DNA of 63,597 nucleotides, filler included, from Halocafeteria seosinensis (lineage: Eukaryota): NCBI GenBank assembly GCA_001687465.1. It is 9 parts of 9 records of this genome, joined end to end, with 100 filler letters (N's around TTAATTAATTAA, not from the genome) between each part and the next. Parts side by side here need not be neighbours in the genome. Positions count along the whole stretch, not along the records: positions 18,873 to 34,372 come from LVLI01000054.1; positions 34,473 to 38,025 come from LVLI01000056.1; 7 more parts are not named here. One strand, written 5' to 3'. Each line of letters begins with the position of its first letter. Positions within the stretch are counted from its first letter, which is position 1. The position numbers and the translations under genes were made by a program. A model generated the notes under the pieces. It saw nothing but the letters and a program-made list of their open reading frames with translations, was not told the DNA's origin and searched no databases. Shown here piece by piece: positions 21,695 to 34,717 of this stretch.

Positions 21695-23785
21695 TTATTG
21701 CTCTCTGAAATGAACAGTGGCCAAATAGACGGCCAAGGCGAAGAGACCGTACTTGGCCAGCTTCAGTAGAGGGCGCCACAAGAAGGCCGCCGGAAGACGT
21801 TGCGTGGTCAGCACGTTGTGGATCAATCTGGTGTTGCGCTCAGTGTATGGAGGGTAGCGAATGGGAGGATCCACCCAAGTCGGCTTCGTGCACACGGAGC
21901 GACGGTGGCTCAGCTCCTCAAAGCCCCATTTTCCGTGGTAGGCGCCCGTGCCGGACTCTCCAACACCACCGAAAGGTAAGTTTGGATTGCAGAACTGCAT
22001 TACGGTATCATTGATGCATACTCCTCCCGAAGATGTTCGCGACAGAATGTAGTCAATGGTCTTTTGGTTGCTGGAAAAGATATAAAGGGCAAGTGGTTTC
22101 TCCCGAGACCGAACAGCGTTAACAACTTCTTGCAAGGTACTGTATTCTTGAATGACGAGGATGGGCCCGAAGACTTCTTGCTGCGGTGTATGTAGGAATC
22201 AACTTTGACGAGCATAAATGATTAGAAGTAGCGATATAACGGAGACGTACGTTCATGATATCGCTATCATTGCCGGCATCATAAATTAGCGTTGGTTGCA
22301 CGTAGTTTTGAGACGCGTCGGTTTCACCACCGAACACAATTTTGTCCTTGACTTTCTTGTCATCCAATAGCTTCTTGACTCTTGTAAAGTGGCGACTGTT
22401 GATTATCCTTGCCAAATCTGGGCAGTTTTTGATACTTTCAGCGTCATTTCCATAAAAGTCAATGATGGTTTGCTTCAACGTTTCGATGAGTTTTTGGCGA
22501 ACGCTTTGGTGGACAAGGATGTATTCCGGAGAGATGCATGCCTGCCCGGCGTTCAACATGCGGCCCTGTTCCATAAAAAAGTGCTCTCAGTAATCCAAAG
22601 TCTTCACCGGCACAGACTTCCGCAACATTCTACTTACCGAAATGATGCGTTTTGCGGCTACATCGAGATTGGAAGTTTCATCAACAATGGTCGGACTCTT
22701 TCCACCCAATTCGAGAGTTACCGGCGTGAGGTTCTCACTGGCAGCCTTCATGACAATCTTCCCCACAGCAGGGTTTCCTGGTGTACATCCGAAAAAGTGA
22801 AAGTTGAGCAATAATGAGGGACGGATCCCATGAGCTATAACTTACCAGTGTAGAAGACATGATCGAAACGTTGCTTCAACAATTCGGTGGTCTCTTTTAC
22901 AGCTCCCTGAACGAAGGCGACTGCGTCGGTATCGACATATCTGTTCTCACAGAAACAGAATCAAAACGATTTATGTATAGATACACAGTTTGTACGGTTG
23001 AACAACAATGCAAATATACATACCTCGGAATCAGCTCTTCCAAGAGTTTGGCACAGTACGGCGCCAATTCCGAGGGCTTCATGACACAGGCATTTCCAGC
23101 TGCCAATGCTGCCACCAAGGGGCATACGAGCAGTTGAATGGGGAAGTTCCATGGTCCAATGATCTGTAGGCACCAGCAATGCTTGTACGCATGTGTATGT
23201 ATCATGTATGCTATGCAACACTCACGCATACAACCCCCAGAGGTTCGCGGATGATTTCAGCGGAGCCAGGGAGCTGTCCCAGCGGCGTCGTCACCTGTTA
23301 TTCACGTATTATCCAAGACAGAAATATTACCAGCGTGACCACACATACATAGAGATATGGAGGGATAGCACTATTTAGCCGCTCTCTCTACTCACCTTTT
23401 CAGGTTTCATCCAGTCCTTGAGGTTATACAGCGCATTATCCACTTCAGCACGCACCACGTTCACCTCTCCAATGATGCATTCCGTTCTGCAGATGGGTTA
23501 TACACATAGAAGTCATGTAGGGGGTCAAAATACAGCATATAGAGCCTGTAGAAGAGGGAAAAAGAGCCCTCCGGAGACGTACTTGGGACGATGGAGGTCA
23601 TTTTGGACGGCCTCTACGAACGCATTTTCGTTCTCATTGATGCATTTTTGGATGCCGAGTAGCTGGTTCCGTCTCCACTCGTAACTCTTGGTGAAATCAC
23701 TGAGAAAAGCCTCCCGAACACTGTCGACAATCCCTGGAATGTCTTCCACAGGAGTAAACTCCAGCTCCTGTTTCGTAGCAGACAT
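21695..23785 (-). CDS. Aldehyde dehydrogenase, ALDH3/fatty-aldehyde type, multi-exon
   Basis: [44 protein letters not shown] (catalytic Cys), [35 protein letters not shown]-terminal hydrophobic anchor. Confidence 0.95.
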
Positions 23786-24429
23786 TCTTTCGTGTTAGAG
23801 ACACAGAGAGCAAGTAGTCATACAAGAGGTAATTATTCTTTTCCTTCTTTCTTTCGGGGCTTGGACAACGAACAATCCAAATTGGAAGCGAGATGTAAGG
23901 ACGAGAGTAAGTTTCGGGAGAGGTGTTGAATGAACGATTGTAAAATTTTGTGCTCTAATCAGATATTAGTGGGACTGCATTGCATCAGAGCTATTACGCT
24001 GAAGATTATGTCTCGTGGATGAACCAGTATGGTATTGTTGTCAGCCACCGAAATTACAAGCGGCGGCTACCGAAAACACGACGTGATGACGGTCACGGTG
24101 ATGGTATTGACGAAACTTAGTGTCGCAATGAACAAGCGAATTTCAGAAATAATGAAAGTGCTATCGAAGAGGGTGCTACCTTATCACACATAGCTCATGC
24201 CGCGTCAGTCTACATTCAAGTGAGCTCACAAAATTGGTATTATATTGTATATTCATGTGGTTATAGGGAAATACTTCCCTAACGAGTTTATTGGGAGTCC
24301 GGATCCCCCACGAAGTATTCCCCTGTAGAATCATTACAAAACATTATGTCTTTCCGATCAATTGCTTCATTAGCTAGACGGTCAGCCTAAATTGGTTCTA
24401 ACCTCTAGCAGGGGTACCGTATGTGCAAA

Positions 24430-25416
24430 GTCCATTGCGGTCATTCTCGCTCTGTAGCAATCATAGCATAACAAGGCCTCTTCCAAACGACCCGCATTTC
24501 TCAGAGAAGCGGCTTTACCTTCATGAGCTTCCTTGTACTGTTCATCCAATGCAAAGGCTTGGTCGTAGCATCTTAGTATACTAGTACCATGGTACCTACG
24601 CTATTGGTAGCATGCTATGGGTGCTTCTTCGTCCCGTCTAGATTTAGCCAGTAGCATCTCTTTGCAACAATGAGCTTCTTCATACATTGAATCCATTGCA
24701 ATTACCTTATCAAAGCATGCGATTGCTTCCTCATCGCGCCCCAATGCTTCAAGGGACTTGCCCTTCCAACACAATGTGCCCGTGGCGTGACGACCGAAAA
24801 TGACGGCTTGATCGCAACATGAAATGGCTTCCTCAAAACGATCCAGGGAATGAAGTGCTACAGCTTTCTGCGTAAAGGCTTCTGCGTATTTTCCATCCAA
24901 CGAAATCGCTGAATCGTAGCTGGCCAGCGCTTCATGGTACCGACCTAGACGGGTGAGACATGCACCTTTTCTTAAGTGACATTCCTTGCTCTGACTGTCC
25001 ACTGCAAGAGCTCGGTCATAACATGACATGGCTTCATCCGCGCGACCGAGTTTCGTCATTGCGGAGCCTTTTAGCCTCAAGCTCTCGAGGCTGTTAGGCT
25101 TCAGCTCAAGCACTTTATCGCAGCACCTGATCGTTTCTTCAGAGCGACCCAACGCAAACAGCGATGCACCCTTGAGGTAGACCGCTTGTTCAAAACGATA
25201 ATTCAATTCAATGGCTTGGTTTAGACATTCTACAGCCTCTTCATAACGGTGTGCACTGAACAACGCCATACCCTTCATCCACCTGTATACCGAGTTGTCA
25301 CCCTCCTGGTCTATCGCCTTGTCGTAATACCATAACTTCTCCTCGACGTCCTGTGCTTTAGTCGCCCTCATAATCCACTTTTTGGCCTCTTTCCTCTTTG
25401 ATGATCCAGCCCCCAT
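24430..25416 (-). CDS. TPR-repeat protein with N-myristoylation-like start; TPR homology continues past the stop at 24601 (possible pseudogene)
   Basis: MGAGSS start; about 7 TPRs (KGxxLxxLGRxEEAxxCYDxA); CYDQAFALDEQYKEAHEGKA follows the TAG. Confidence 0.75.
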
Positions 25417-26099
25417 CGTCTTAAATGGCTTCGGTAGCGGAAAAACAGTTCCCTCGGAACAAAATCAATGATTTGGAGCTGGCAGTGCTCGCGCTGCTTC
25501 TAACTGCATACATCAATTGAGTATAAGAACATTGCTTGATTCTTGACAATGCTCACTTGGTTAGCAAGTCTAATACGGATACCACTGAACAATATGAAGG
25601 CACGTGTCACTTCATGTCACTTGGAATGTATGTTGGGCCATTGTTGGCCACATTGTTGGGCAATAGACAAAGGCTCCCTCTCTCTTTGCTGGACTTTGAG
25701 TCAGTCGACGCTGACAATTCAAAACATGATAGTAACATGAAAAAGGTGAAAATACCGTACGTATTAGAATTTTCAATGTTGTTAGTGGAATCGTGTCCAG
25801 AAGGCGCCTTTTTCCTGCAACGCAGTGTCTATTACGACAGCCGTACTGTCTCCTTGTGCCAAACGTTCGCTATTCTTTTCATGCAGCGTTATATAAACAA
25901 CTGTTTAGGAACTTGTGAACTCTTCTTGCATTTTGAAGGCTTTAGCAGTGCGTAATGTGTTTGTGTCCTGTGCGTATGAAGAAAATCTCCCCTTTCCCAC
26001 AGGTGGAATATATGCTCTTCATTTAAGATACGGTCACATCTCGTGGAGAAAAGACTGCCAAATTTTGACAATAGACTCGTGCGGGTTAATTCCAAACCC

Positions 26100-26375
26100 G
26101 AAAGGCACCCCAGATTGCCGCAGCGCACTTCACAGAATTAGACAAGCAGCTCGTCAAACGGGGGACTTGTTGGCTCTCCGAAGATTGGCTGGTTATCTTC
26201 AGGAATACGACTATCAAGGGGAAGGAACGTTGACTCGAGATGACCTCCGAGCTGCTCTTCGGGCGTTCGGCATTCAGACTAGCGAAAGAGATCTCAACAT
26301 TATCTTCAAATACTTTGATAGGGAAGGAAGCGAAACAATTGACTATGATGAGTTTATAAGAGCATTGCGTGAAGG
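26100..26375 (+). pseudogene. Calcyphosin-like EF-hand pair fragment
   Basis: LRRLAGYLQEYDYQGEGTLTRDDL..FGIQ..IFKYFDREGSETIDYDEFIRALR; both flanks are duplicated non-homologous sequence. Confidence 0.65.
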
Positions 26376-27290
26376 CTATTACGCTGGAGATTATGTCTCG
26401 TGCATGAACCAGTATGGTATTGTTGTCAGCCACCGGAATTACAAGCGGCAGCTACGGAAAACACGACGTGATGGTATTGACGAAACTTAGTGTCGCAATG
26501 AACAAGCGAATTTCAGAAATAATGAAAGTGCTATCAAAGAGGGTCCTACCTTATCACACATAGCTCATGCCGCGTCAGTCTACATTCAAGTGAGCTCACA
26601 AAATTGGCTCTAACCTCTACCGGTACCTGGTATGTGCAAAGGGAAGCGGTCATTCTCGCTTTGCAGCATCATAGCATAACAAGGCCTCTTCCAAACGACC
26701 CAAAATTCTCAGAGAAGCGGCTTTACCTTCATGAGCTTCCGTGTACTGTTCATCCAATGCAAGGGCTTGGTCGTAGCATCATAGTATATGGTACGCTACA
26801 TTGTATTGGTAGCATGCTATGGGTGCTTCGTCGTACCGTCTCGTCTAGATTTAGCTAGTAGCATCTCTTTGCAACAATAAGCTTGTTCATACATTGAATC
26901 CATTGCAATTACCTTATCAAAGCATGCGATTGCTTCCTCATCGCGCCCTAATGCTTGAAGGTCCAACACAATGCGCCCTCCCTTGGCGTGGTACGATGGC
27001 ACATGACGGCTTGATCGCAACATGAAATGGCTTCTTACGACAGCCGTACTGTCTCCTTGTGCAAAACGTTCGCTATTCTTTTCATGCAGCGTTATATCAA
27101 GAACTGTTTGGGAACTTGTGAACTCTTGCATTTATAAGGCTTTGAAGAGTTTGGAGCAGTGCGTGACGTGTTTGTGCCCTGTATGAAGAAAATCTCCCCT
27201 TTCCCACAGGTGGAATATATGCTCTTCACTTAAGATATGGTCACATCTCGTGGAGAAAAAGACTGCCAAATTTTGACAATAGACTCGTGT
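26375..27290 (+). repeat. Internally deleted tandem duplicate of 23990-26081
   Basis: 23990-24237 ~ 26375-26607; 24389-24750 ~ 26601-26960; 24801-24830 ~ 27003-27033; 25832-26081 ~ 27035-27290. Confidence 0.9.
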
Positions 27291-27708
27291 ATGCTTAATG
27301 CTATGACTTCTTCCGGCGCGGGCGGGCGGTCAAGCAACTTCAACAACCGCATCTTTCGACGTATACACCTTGTTTTACGTGCCAATTTTCCCACAACACA
27401 CACAGGTGGATCACGATGACGCTTATAGGAGGTGCTCACAGGACAGTTGGCTGGTTCGTTGTGGTGCTGTGAAATGCCACTCCCTCCGGACATCGGGAAA
27501 ATCAGCGTGTGAAGATGGAGGCAGTGCATGCACAAGACGTCTTATTGCATCAGATTGTTTCTCAAGAACAGTATCGAGTACCCATGGCGATAGTACACGC
27601 TTGATTGCATCGAACCCAGTGATGCTTGTGAGAATAAAGGAAGTTTGAAATGACTGCGTGGGGAGCGTATCTAGGTAAAGTGCTCTGTCTGTGGTACTCT
27701 ACATTCAC

Positions 27709-28442
27709 ATGCATAGTATTACTATACGAACGCACCTACATAGTACTACCGGTAGTATACTACTGGGTGAGTGTGGGTGATTCAACAGGGCATTGCTCAT
27801 TCGTTCCTCGTGCGCAGAACTGTTTGCCAGATTTTCCGTGGTGGGGATCTTATGGGGCGCTACGAATCCTCTATTAAAACAAGGTAACATTTCTAAGTGC
27901 GTAAGAAATGGCATGAAGCACTTGACTGGGTATATGCGCCACAGCTACGGAAAAGAAAAGAACGCAAGGCGAAAATGGCTTCTTGAAGGACTTATGGAGA
28001 TCTGTGGCCAATCTTCAGGTAAGCACCGGTGATTTAAGGGGTGTTGGTTGGACGCCCGTTTTGGATAGAAGATCCTGGGTTGCAGTTCCTGTTGCTCTTT
28101 GGTCTAAACCAGTTAGGCTCTGTGGCACACCTTTGGCTTCTATCGAGCTATGGTAAGCTGCGCTTCGGTCACTTTTCCTTTGTCACCACTAATATAGATC
28201 TACTGTATGCATTTCAGACGTTTCTTTAGTAGTGCCAATGAGTAATGCCATGACGTTCTTTTACACAGCTTTGTCCGCGAGGATCATTGGGGAGACAAAG
28301 CGATTTACCTACAGTAAGTTCACTGGCTGGCTCTATCTGTGCCCTGAGTATGTTATTTCTCACCCTGAATGATATGACAGAGTCGGTATTCGGCCTGTCC
28401 TTGATTGCCAGTGGTATGATGATATCTGTGCAAGAATCATAG
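27709..28442 (+). CDS. TMEM234: TMEM234-family small membrane protein, multi-exon
   Basis: VVGILWGATNPLLKQ, FLLLFGLNQLGSV, VSLVVPMSNAMTFFFT, ESVFGLSLIASGMMISVQES*; short GT-AG introns; start codon inferred. Confidence 0.8.
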
Positions 28443-29344
28443 TCAAGCGAAGCACAAAAAGAACAATTGGATGGTGGGAACATCTACAACATATCACTAG
28501 ACTGATCCAGATTATTTTGATCTGCTCTATATTCGGACCAAGTCTCGCCGTTTCGCTGAAACAATTCGGTATTGTACCTTGACCCAAAGGTCTGCACTTT
28601 CGCTGCAATATGATGCTGCATCACGTTGTACACAAGGGTTAAGAGAGACGGGTAGCAGCGTTTCTTGATTCATCCTTAGAAAATGGACACTAGTACTTAT
28701 GGTAGGTCCATCTGTCAGCGGCATACGCGTAAAGGCGTTCTTCGGGCGACAGAGACAGAGGAATTCTCCTGGAGTACTGGCCTGTTTCCTAGCATTTGCG
28801 GTCAAAATAATAAGTCTTATTGCTTCCAATCATGACATGATTACCTTTATGTTCAAGTGGTTTACCGGCGAACAAGTTTGGGTGTTGTATGGCAGACGAT
28901 CAACCTTTTGAGGAAGGCAACGTAAAAGTGCAACTACACTTCTGACACAGTTGAATAGAAATCTCTGTCCACTCCTGGCGGCGCCACCTAGGATGAGCGG
29001 AGGCGACAATACCGCCTGGAATTATTCCTGCGTGCTGTTAACGATGTGTGGAAATTTGTGAATGCACCCGACGCTAAAATCCACCTCGTATCTTCTTGAA
29101 AGTCCGACAGGAGAGAATTCATGAGTTGACTATCAGTACATTTGATATAACGCTACAACGATACTCAGTCTCCTGGGTTTTGCTAGTATACCGAGGGTGC
29201 TGAAGGGAACGCAAAACAGCGGAGTCAACTCCTATGATGGACAGTCAGCTCCTAGTCCTCTAAATCGGTAGTCACCGTTTCGGATAAGTGGACACCGGTT
29301 GAAGTCTCTAGCAACTTCGAGCGTAGTGCCCCCCAAGGCCCGCA

Positions 29345-32300
29345 TTACTTTCTTGGTTCGTTCTTGCCCTTCGTCTTGGGTTCCTCAAGTAACTTCAAGC
29401 GATTTTGCTGCACTTCCTCGCTCGCACCATGAGAGTTACTTTCATCCACGCTTTGGTTTACAGTTCCGAACTCAAACGCTTTGAAAATATCTTGCTGAGG
29501 GATATTCGAGAGCCTAGTATTGTTCTTGAAGAACTGTAAAACCGCTCGCCCACTCACTCGTTCGGGTTTGTGGCTGCCAGGGCCTTGAAACTGCGAGGCA
29601 ATCGACCTCTTCCACCGAATTATTCTGCCAAGCACGCTCGGATCGCGAGACCACATGTGTCCCTTGGGCCCACCAAAGTGCCTATCCAACACTCGCTTTA
29701 TTCGATTCAAAACGAACGCAAACGGAAACGAAGCTTCCTTAAACTGTCGACGAACAACATTTAAGTGTGGTGAGCGTGGTTCTTTCTGAGCGAGACGTTC
29801 TTTCAGTTCGTCAATCTCGGTAGCGGCTTGCACGGAGTATTTTAAAGCACGAGCAACTTTATCTTTGTCCCCCTTTTGAGTCCCACCTCCTAAAGGTACA
29901 AGACCTTGAACGGTGGATCCACCATCAGCCTTCGTGTTTTGCTCGTCTGGGAGCTTTTTTTCTAAATTATCTAAGCGTTTTCTCAGTGTTTCCGTATCAG
30001 CGCTAGAGTTTGCACTTGTTACTTCCTCCCGAAGTCGTCTCAGTTCCTCCCAAATATCAGGTTGTTCGCCCCCTTCGGAAGCAGTCGCACTGCCCTTACT
30101 TACGCCGGTTGACCGTCCGTCAGCATCGCAACCGGCAGCTGCTGATGCTGATCCGCTGCAACAACTGTTCGCTACAAGGGTGGCGCGCTTTTCCCTTACC
30201 CCCTCAAGTGAAGCTGGATCCGAAAAGAATAGCCTCAACACGTTATCAGCATCAAAACACCCTTCTTCGATCAGCCCCTTGTGACAAGCGCCCAGTACAG
30301 CAACAGCTTCGGAACATCCTCTCGTCTCAAACACTGAACGGGGCTTGCGCTGGCAAAAGCAGTTCAACTTAATCTTCGTGAGAAAATACGATAATTTCTG
30401 CTGTTCTTCGATCTCTGGATCAAACGATTCGAGACACTCGGAAAGAGCAATAGTAACCACACGACTGACTTCTTCGACCGCATTCGTCATCTCTGATCGA
30501 ACAGATAAAGTCCCAAGCAGTCGAGCAAGCTTGCCTTCTTTCTGCGACTTTAATACACTCGCAGTCGCTCCACTGACAGCACTCAATGGCGGGAAGTGTT
30601 TTGACAAGAGATTCAAAGCGCTCACAATGTACGATTTCATCGTACCCAGTTTCACATCCACATCGCCACTCTGCACTACGCTAGCAGCTGTAAATCCATC
30701 ACAGAGAACACTGTTGAAGGCACGGTAAAACTCCCGGAGCTCTTGTTTACTGTTAATAAACGCGAGCTCTACGCGGTACTGCTTATAACTCTCATTCGTC
30801 ATGATGGATTCATCAACTTCGTCTCTTCGGGCAAATTGTCCCATTTGCCAAGATAATTCGTGAACTTGACGTAATCCTTGTTCGATTTCCTGTTTGGTCA
30901 AAGCGGTCATTTGATTATTTTCTCGTGACGCAGCAACATCCGAAACACCTGTGCGAACGCATAATTGAATAACTCAAAAGAAGCACGACCAAAAGTAAGA
31001 CGAAGTTAGTTACCATCTTACCAAACTCTTCAATATGATTCGTACTCTTGCTTTCGTTCGAAGACGAACCATCCTCACTAGCTTCCGTCCGTGACTTCGC
31101 CTCCGGACTCAAATTATGGGAATCTTGGTTTTTCTGCGATACGAACTGAGATCGAGCTTCCGTCTTCTCATCGACAGCCTCTTGACAACTGGGATTAATT
31201 TTTAGTTCCTCATCAAAGCATTGGATAGCTTCACTGTATTTCTGTAGCTTATTCAAGGTTCGGCCTTTCCAAAGATAGTAGCGTTTAGCCTGTGAGTCCA
31301 GACTGAGGGCCTTATTCAGGTATTCAAGGGCTTCCTCATAACGACCTAATTCAGACAATGATACACCTTTCTCTTTATAAGCCTCCTTATAGTTGGCATC
31401 CAATGCAATCGCTTGGTCGAAACACGAGATGGCTTCCTCATCACGACCTAAGTAGCCCAATGATAAACCTTTCTCTTGATAAGCCTCCTTATAGTTGGCA
31501 TCCAATGTAATCGCTTGATCATAACATGAGATGGCTTCCTCATAACGAGCTAAGTAGCTCAATGATACACCTTTCTGTTGATAAGCCTGCTTGTAGTTGG
31601 CATCCAATGCAATCGCTTGATCATAACACGAGATGGCTTCCTCATAACGACCTAAGTAGCCCAATGATACACCTTTCTCTATATAAGCCTCCTTATAGTT
31701 GGCATCGAATGCAATCGCTTGATCATAACACGAGATGGCTTCCTCATAACGACCTAAATAGCCCAATGATACACCTTTCCCATAATAAGCCTCCTTATAG
31801 TTGGCATCCAATGCGACCGCTTGATCATAAAACGAGATGGCTTCATCATAACGACCTAAGTTGCTCAATGATACACCTTTCTGTTGATAAGCCTCCTTAT
31901 AGTTGGCATCCAATGCAATCGCTTGATCATAACACGAGATGGCTTCCTCATAACGATTTAATCTATGCAATGTTGCACCTTTCTCATAATAAGCCTGCTT
32001 ATCGTTGGCATCCAATGCAATCGCTTGATCATAACATGAGATGGCTTCCTCATCACGACCCATTTCAGACAATGATACACCCTTCCCATAATAAGCCTCC
32101 TTATAGTTGGCATCCAATGCAATCGCTTGATCATAACACGAGATGGCTTCCTCATAACGACTTAAGTAGTTCAATGATACACCTTGAGTCGCGATATAGA
32201 GTGGATTCTGTGGATCCAGTTGTACAGCCTTCTCAAAGCACTCTAGCATTTCTTTGGCATCTTTCGCCTGAAATCCTTTGCTATTCCATTCGCTAGCTTG

Positions 32301-32402
32301 TTGTTTGCTGGTGGAGGAGTGAGGGACGGCGTTGTTGTTGGACCAAGTGTTGCCGTTGCTTGCCATTTTTTGCCTTGGCTTACAAGAGCACTCTATAAGC
32401 AC
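29345..32402 (-). CDS. Spliced TPR-array protein with uncharacterised helical C-terminal region (~990 aa; intron 30949-31021)
   Basis: A 73-nt phase-1 intron GTAAGA...CACAG joins ORF 30915-32402 in frame to ORF 29345-30910 (EEF-G-VSDVAASRENNQ-MTALTK). Confidence 0.8.
31330..32190 (-). repeat. About eight near-identical 102-bp (34-aa TPR) tandem repeats
   Basis: Unit KEAYxxKGVSLxxLGRYEEAISCYDQAIALDANY, repeated at near nucleotide identity. Confidence 0.95.
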
Positions 32403-33860
32403 GTCCGTCTAATAGTATATATGTATTTTCTTTCCGAGGCGTTCTTCGTTACATAAACAAACCTACTGAATGAATACAACAGTATTTACTGTTTGTACAA
32501 CTGTGAGCACCAATCGCGTCGCTCGGTTCCATGCGGAACCCCAGAGTTTAGGGAGGAAGTGCAGCGGAGCGGAAAATTGGTAGGTTGGTGCAGGATCCAT
32601 GAAGTGTCTAATCCGGATTGCAAGAGCAATTCGATACGCAAAAATTATCTATGATGGTGTCTCTTGTGTTGGCGCTTTATTGTCGCTATCTGTGCGACGT
32701 CGAAGAGTCGGGGTTTTGTTGTAACCAATTACAATTGCTTTCTCGTTTACTAAAATGGACCCTCCATGTGGAAATTTGAAAGCGAATCAAGACAACACAG
32801 GGAAAGGTAGGCGAGCCTTCCAGTGGCAGTTGCTCAGCTGGCTGCTATCAACACTGACAGTCGTGAGTAGCTCTGAAATGCTGATGCCCGTCTTCTTGGC
32901 GATCGCTTAGAAGCAATATCTAGAGGTCGCTGTCGCGCATATCCTGGAATATCCTCTTGTCCGACTGGCGGCCGTTCGCATTCGGTTGCGAAAAACCTGC
33001 CATTTCCCGGCTCTATAACCGCTGTGCCGGGTGTGCGGTGAGGAAAATTGAGGTACCGGCGGAGGTAAACACGCAACCACGCCGCCACGGATAAAACAAC
33101 AACGATTCTTGACAGCCTTGCTCTTGGAACTTAATCTGTGGCAATACTATCGAGAAGGCAACCCCCAGCGCTAGTTCTACGACGAAATCCTTTTGACAGG
33201 GTCGCAGGAATATTCGGCCCCCAGCTCATCATGAGTGATGCCAGCGAAGGACGGAGGTTTCATGTGATAGATAAGCCCTCCGTCCAGGAAGTTGACCGCA
33301 CCTCTTACCGAGGAGCGGTTCGGGTGTTTCCTCAGGCTCGCCGACGTGCGCGGGGGAGGTACTTTACACTGGTTGTGCTCAAATGGCGCATCGGAGGTGG
33401 TCGTGTAGCTGTGACAACGACGTCAGGATTACCGGTTAAGGATAACCGGTAATCCTGCGAGAAGACGGCCCTGTGCCTGCCACAGTGCGGTTTCTAGCAA
33501 CTCAGTCTACTTTTGCAGAGACAGCCAACACTTATCCGAAGACAAGATGCATGTGTCTGGATTGGGGGAGTATTCAGTGAAGGAGAAGCTGTGGCATGCA
33601 ACTACTCGAAGTCTTTGTAGGTTGTCAACTCCCGGGTATCATGCCACACGAGCTTACACTGCGGTAGCCTACTCATCAGTGCTGAGCATCGATGGTGGCT
33701 CTCGCTACCACGACATCTGCCGTATCCCAAACAGCTACCCGTACGGTTTCTATTGACAACATCTCCTCGAAGCTCGGCAGTGTGGTCGCGAAGCTTGGAC
33801 TCCGCTTTAACTAATTCCCATCATGACAACCAGCAACGATTACTCCGTTAGTCCAATCAT

Positions 33861-33973
33861 GGTCTCCTTAGCTCATTCCCGTACCTAAGTAAGACTTGTA
33901 AGTATCTCCTTCATGATTGGTCTCCTTAGCTCATTCCCCTACCTAAGTAAGACTAGTAGTAAGTATCTCCTTC
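33861..33973 (+). repeat. ~57-bp tandem duplication
   Basis: TGGTCTCCTTAGCTCATTCCC.TACCTAAGTAAGACT..GTAAGTATCTCCTTCA twice. Confidence 0.85.
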
Positions 33974-34268
33974 AGTCACTGTGGTGACGTCGAGGTACCC
34001 CGGGATACTCTCTATGCCATGGTAGACAACTTTTGAATACCTCTTCACGCAGTCAGATGCATAGCTGAGCGAGCCTCCACTAACCACTGGTAACCAACAG
34101 TACTTGTGCTTCAGGGTTAATGGAATGCACACACGAATAGTAGGGTTCCAGAACTTACACACCAGTGCGTCCACCAACAATGAAACGGAAGCAAATCGAA
34201 GAAGCACTTCTACGCTACTCCTATTGGTTTCCAAACAGTATTATTCTATCGGCGACTATCGCCTACCC

Positions 34269-34271
<3 letters not shown>

Positions 34272-34319
<48 letters not shown>

Positions 34320-34338
34320 NCACACACACANACACACA
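34272..34338 (+). repeat. (CA)n microsatellite
   Basis: Direct reading. Confidence 0.97.
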
Positions 34339-34472
34339 GACAACAGCATGGAAACATCATACTGTTGTGAAGNNNNNNNNNNNNNNNNNNNNNNNNNNNN
34401 NNNNNNNNNNNNNNNNTTAATTAATTAANNNNNNNNNNNNNNNNNNNNNNNNNNNNNNNNNNNNNNNNNNNN

Positions 34473-34717
34473 CGATAGGACAGCGTCATACATTGATCAT
34501 GCGGGGAGTGCTGGAAGTTTGGGAAGAGCTCAAAACCGCTGGCTTTGCCTTTCCCGTCTTCTACTTCGTGGTTCCTGACTATCAAAAAGACGCCTTCCAG
34601 CCCGCAAACCCTGTGTACTCCAACGGGGACAAAGGAGAGGTGGAAAAGGAACTTTTTGAAAGCATGACGTTTTATGTTGTGTCCGTTACTCAACGTGAAA
34701 TGAAGAAGTATCTGTAG
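34473..34717 (+). CDS. C-terminal fragment of Crinkler-type REase-fold protein, 5' lost at spacer
   Basis: IGQRHTLIMRGV...FYFVVPD...FYVVSV parallels STVSNEHPLTEYGL...LFFCVPP...QFVLNV of the neighbouring ORF. Confidence 0.55.

Noticed and set aside
31526..32296. 256-aa plus-strand repetitive ORF; CRISPR-like appearance of the array
   Set aside because: Antisense shadow of the TPR repeats; units are contiguous coding repeats without unique spacers.
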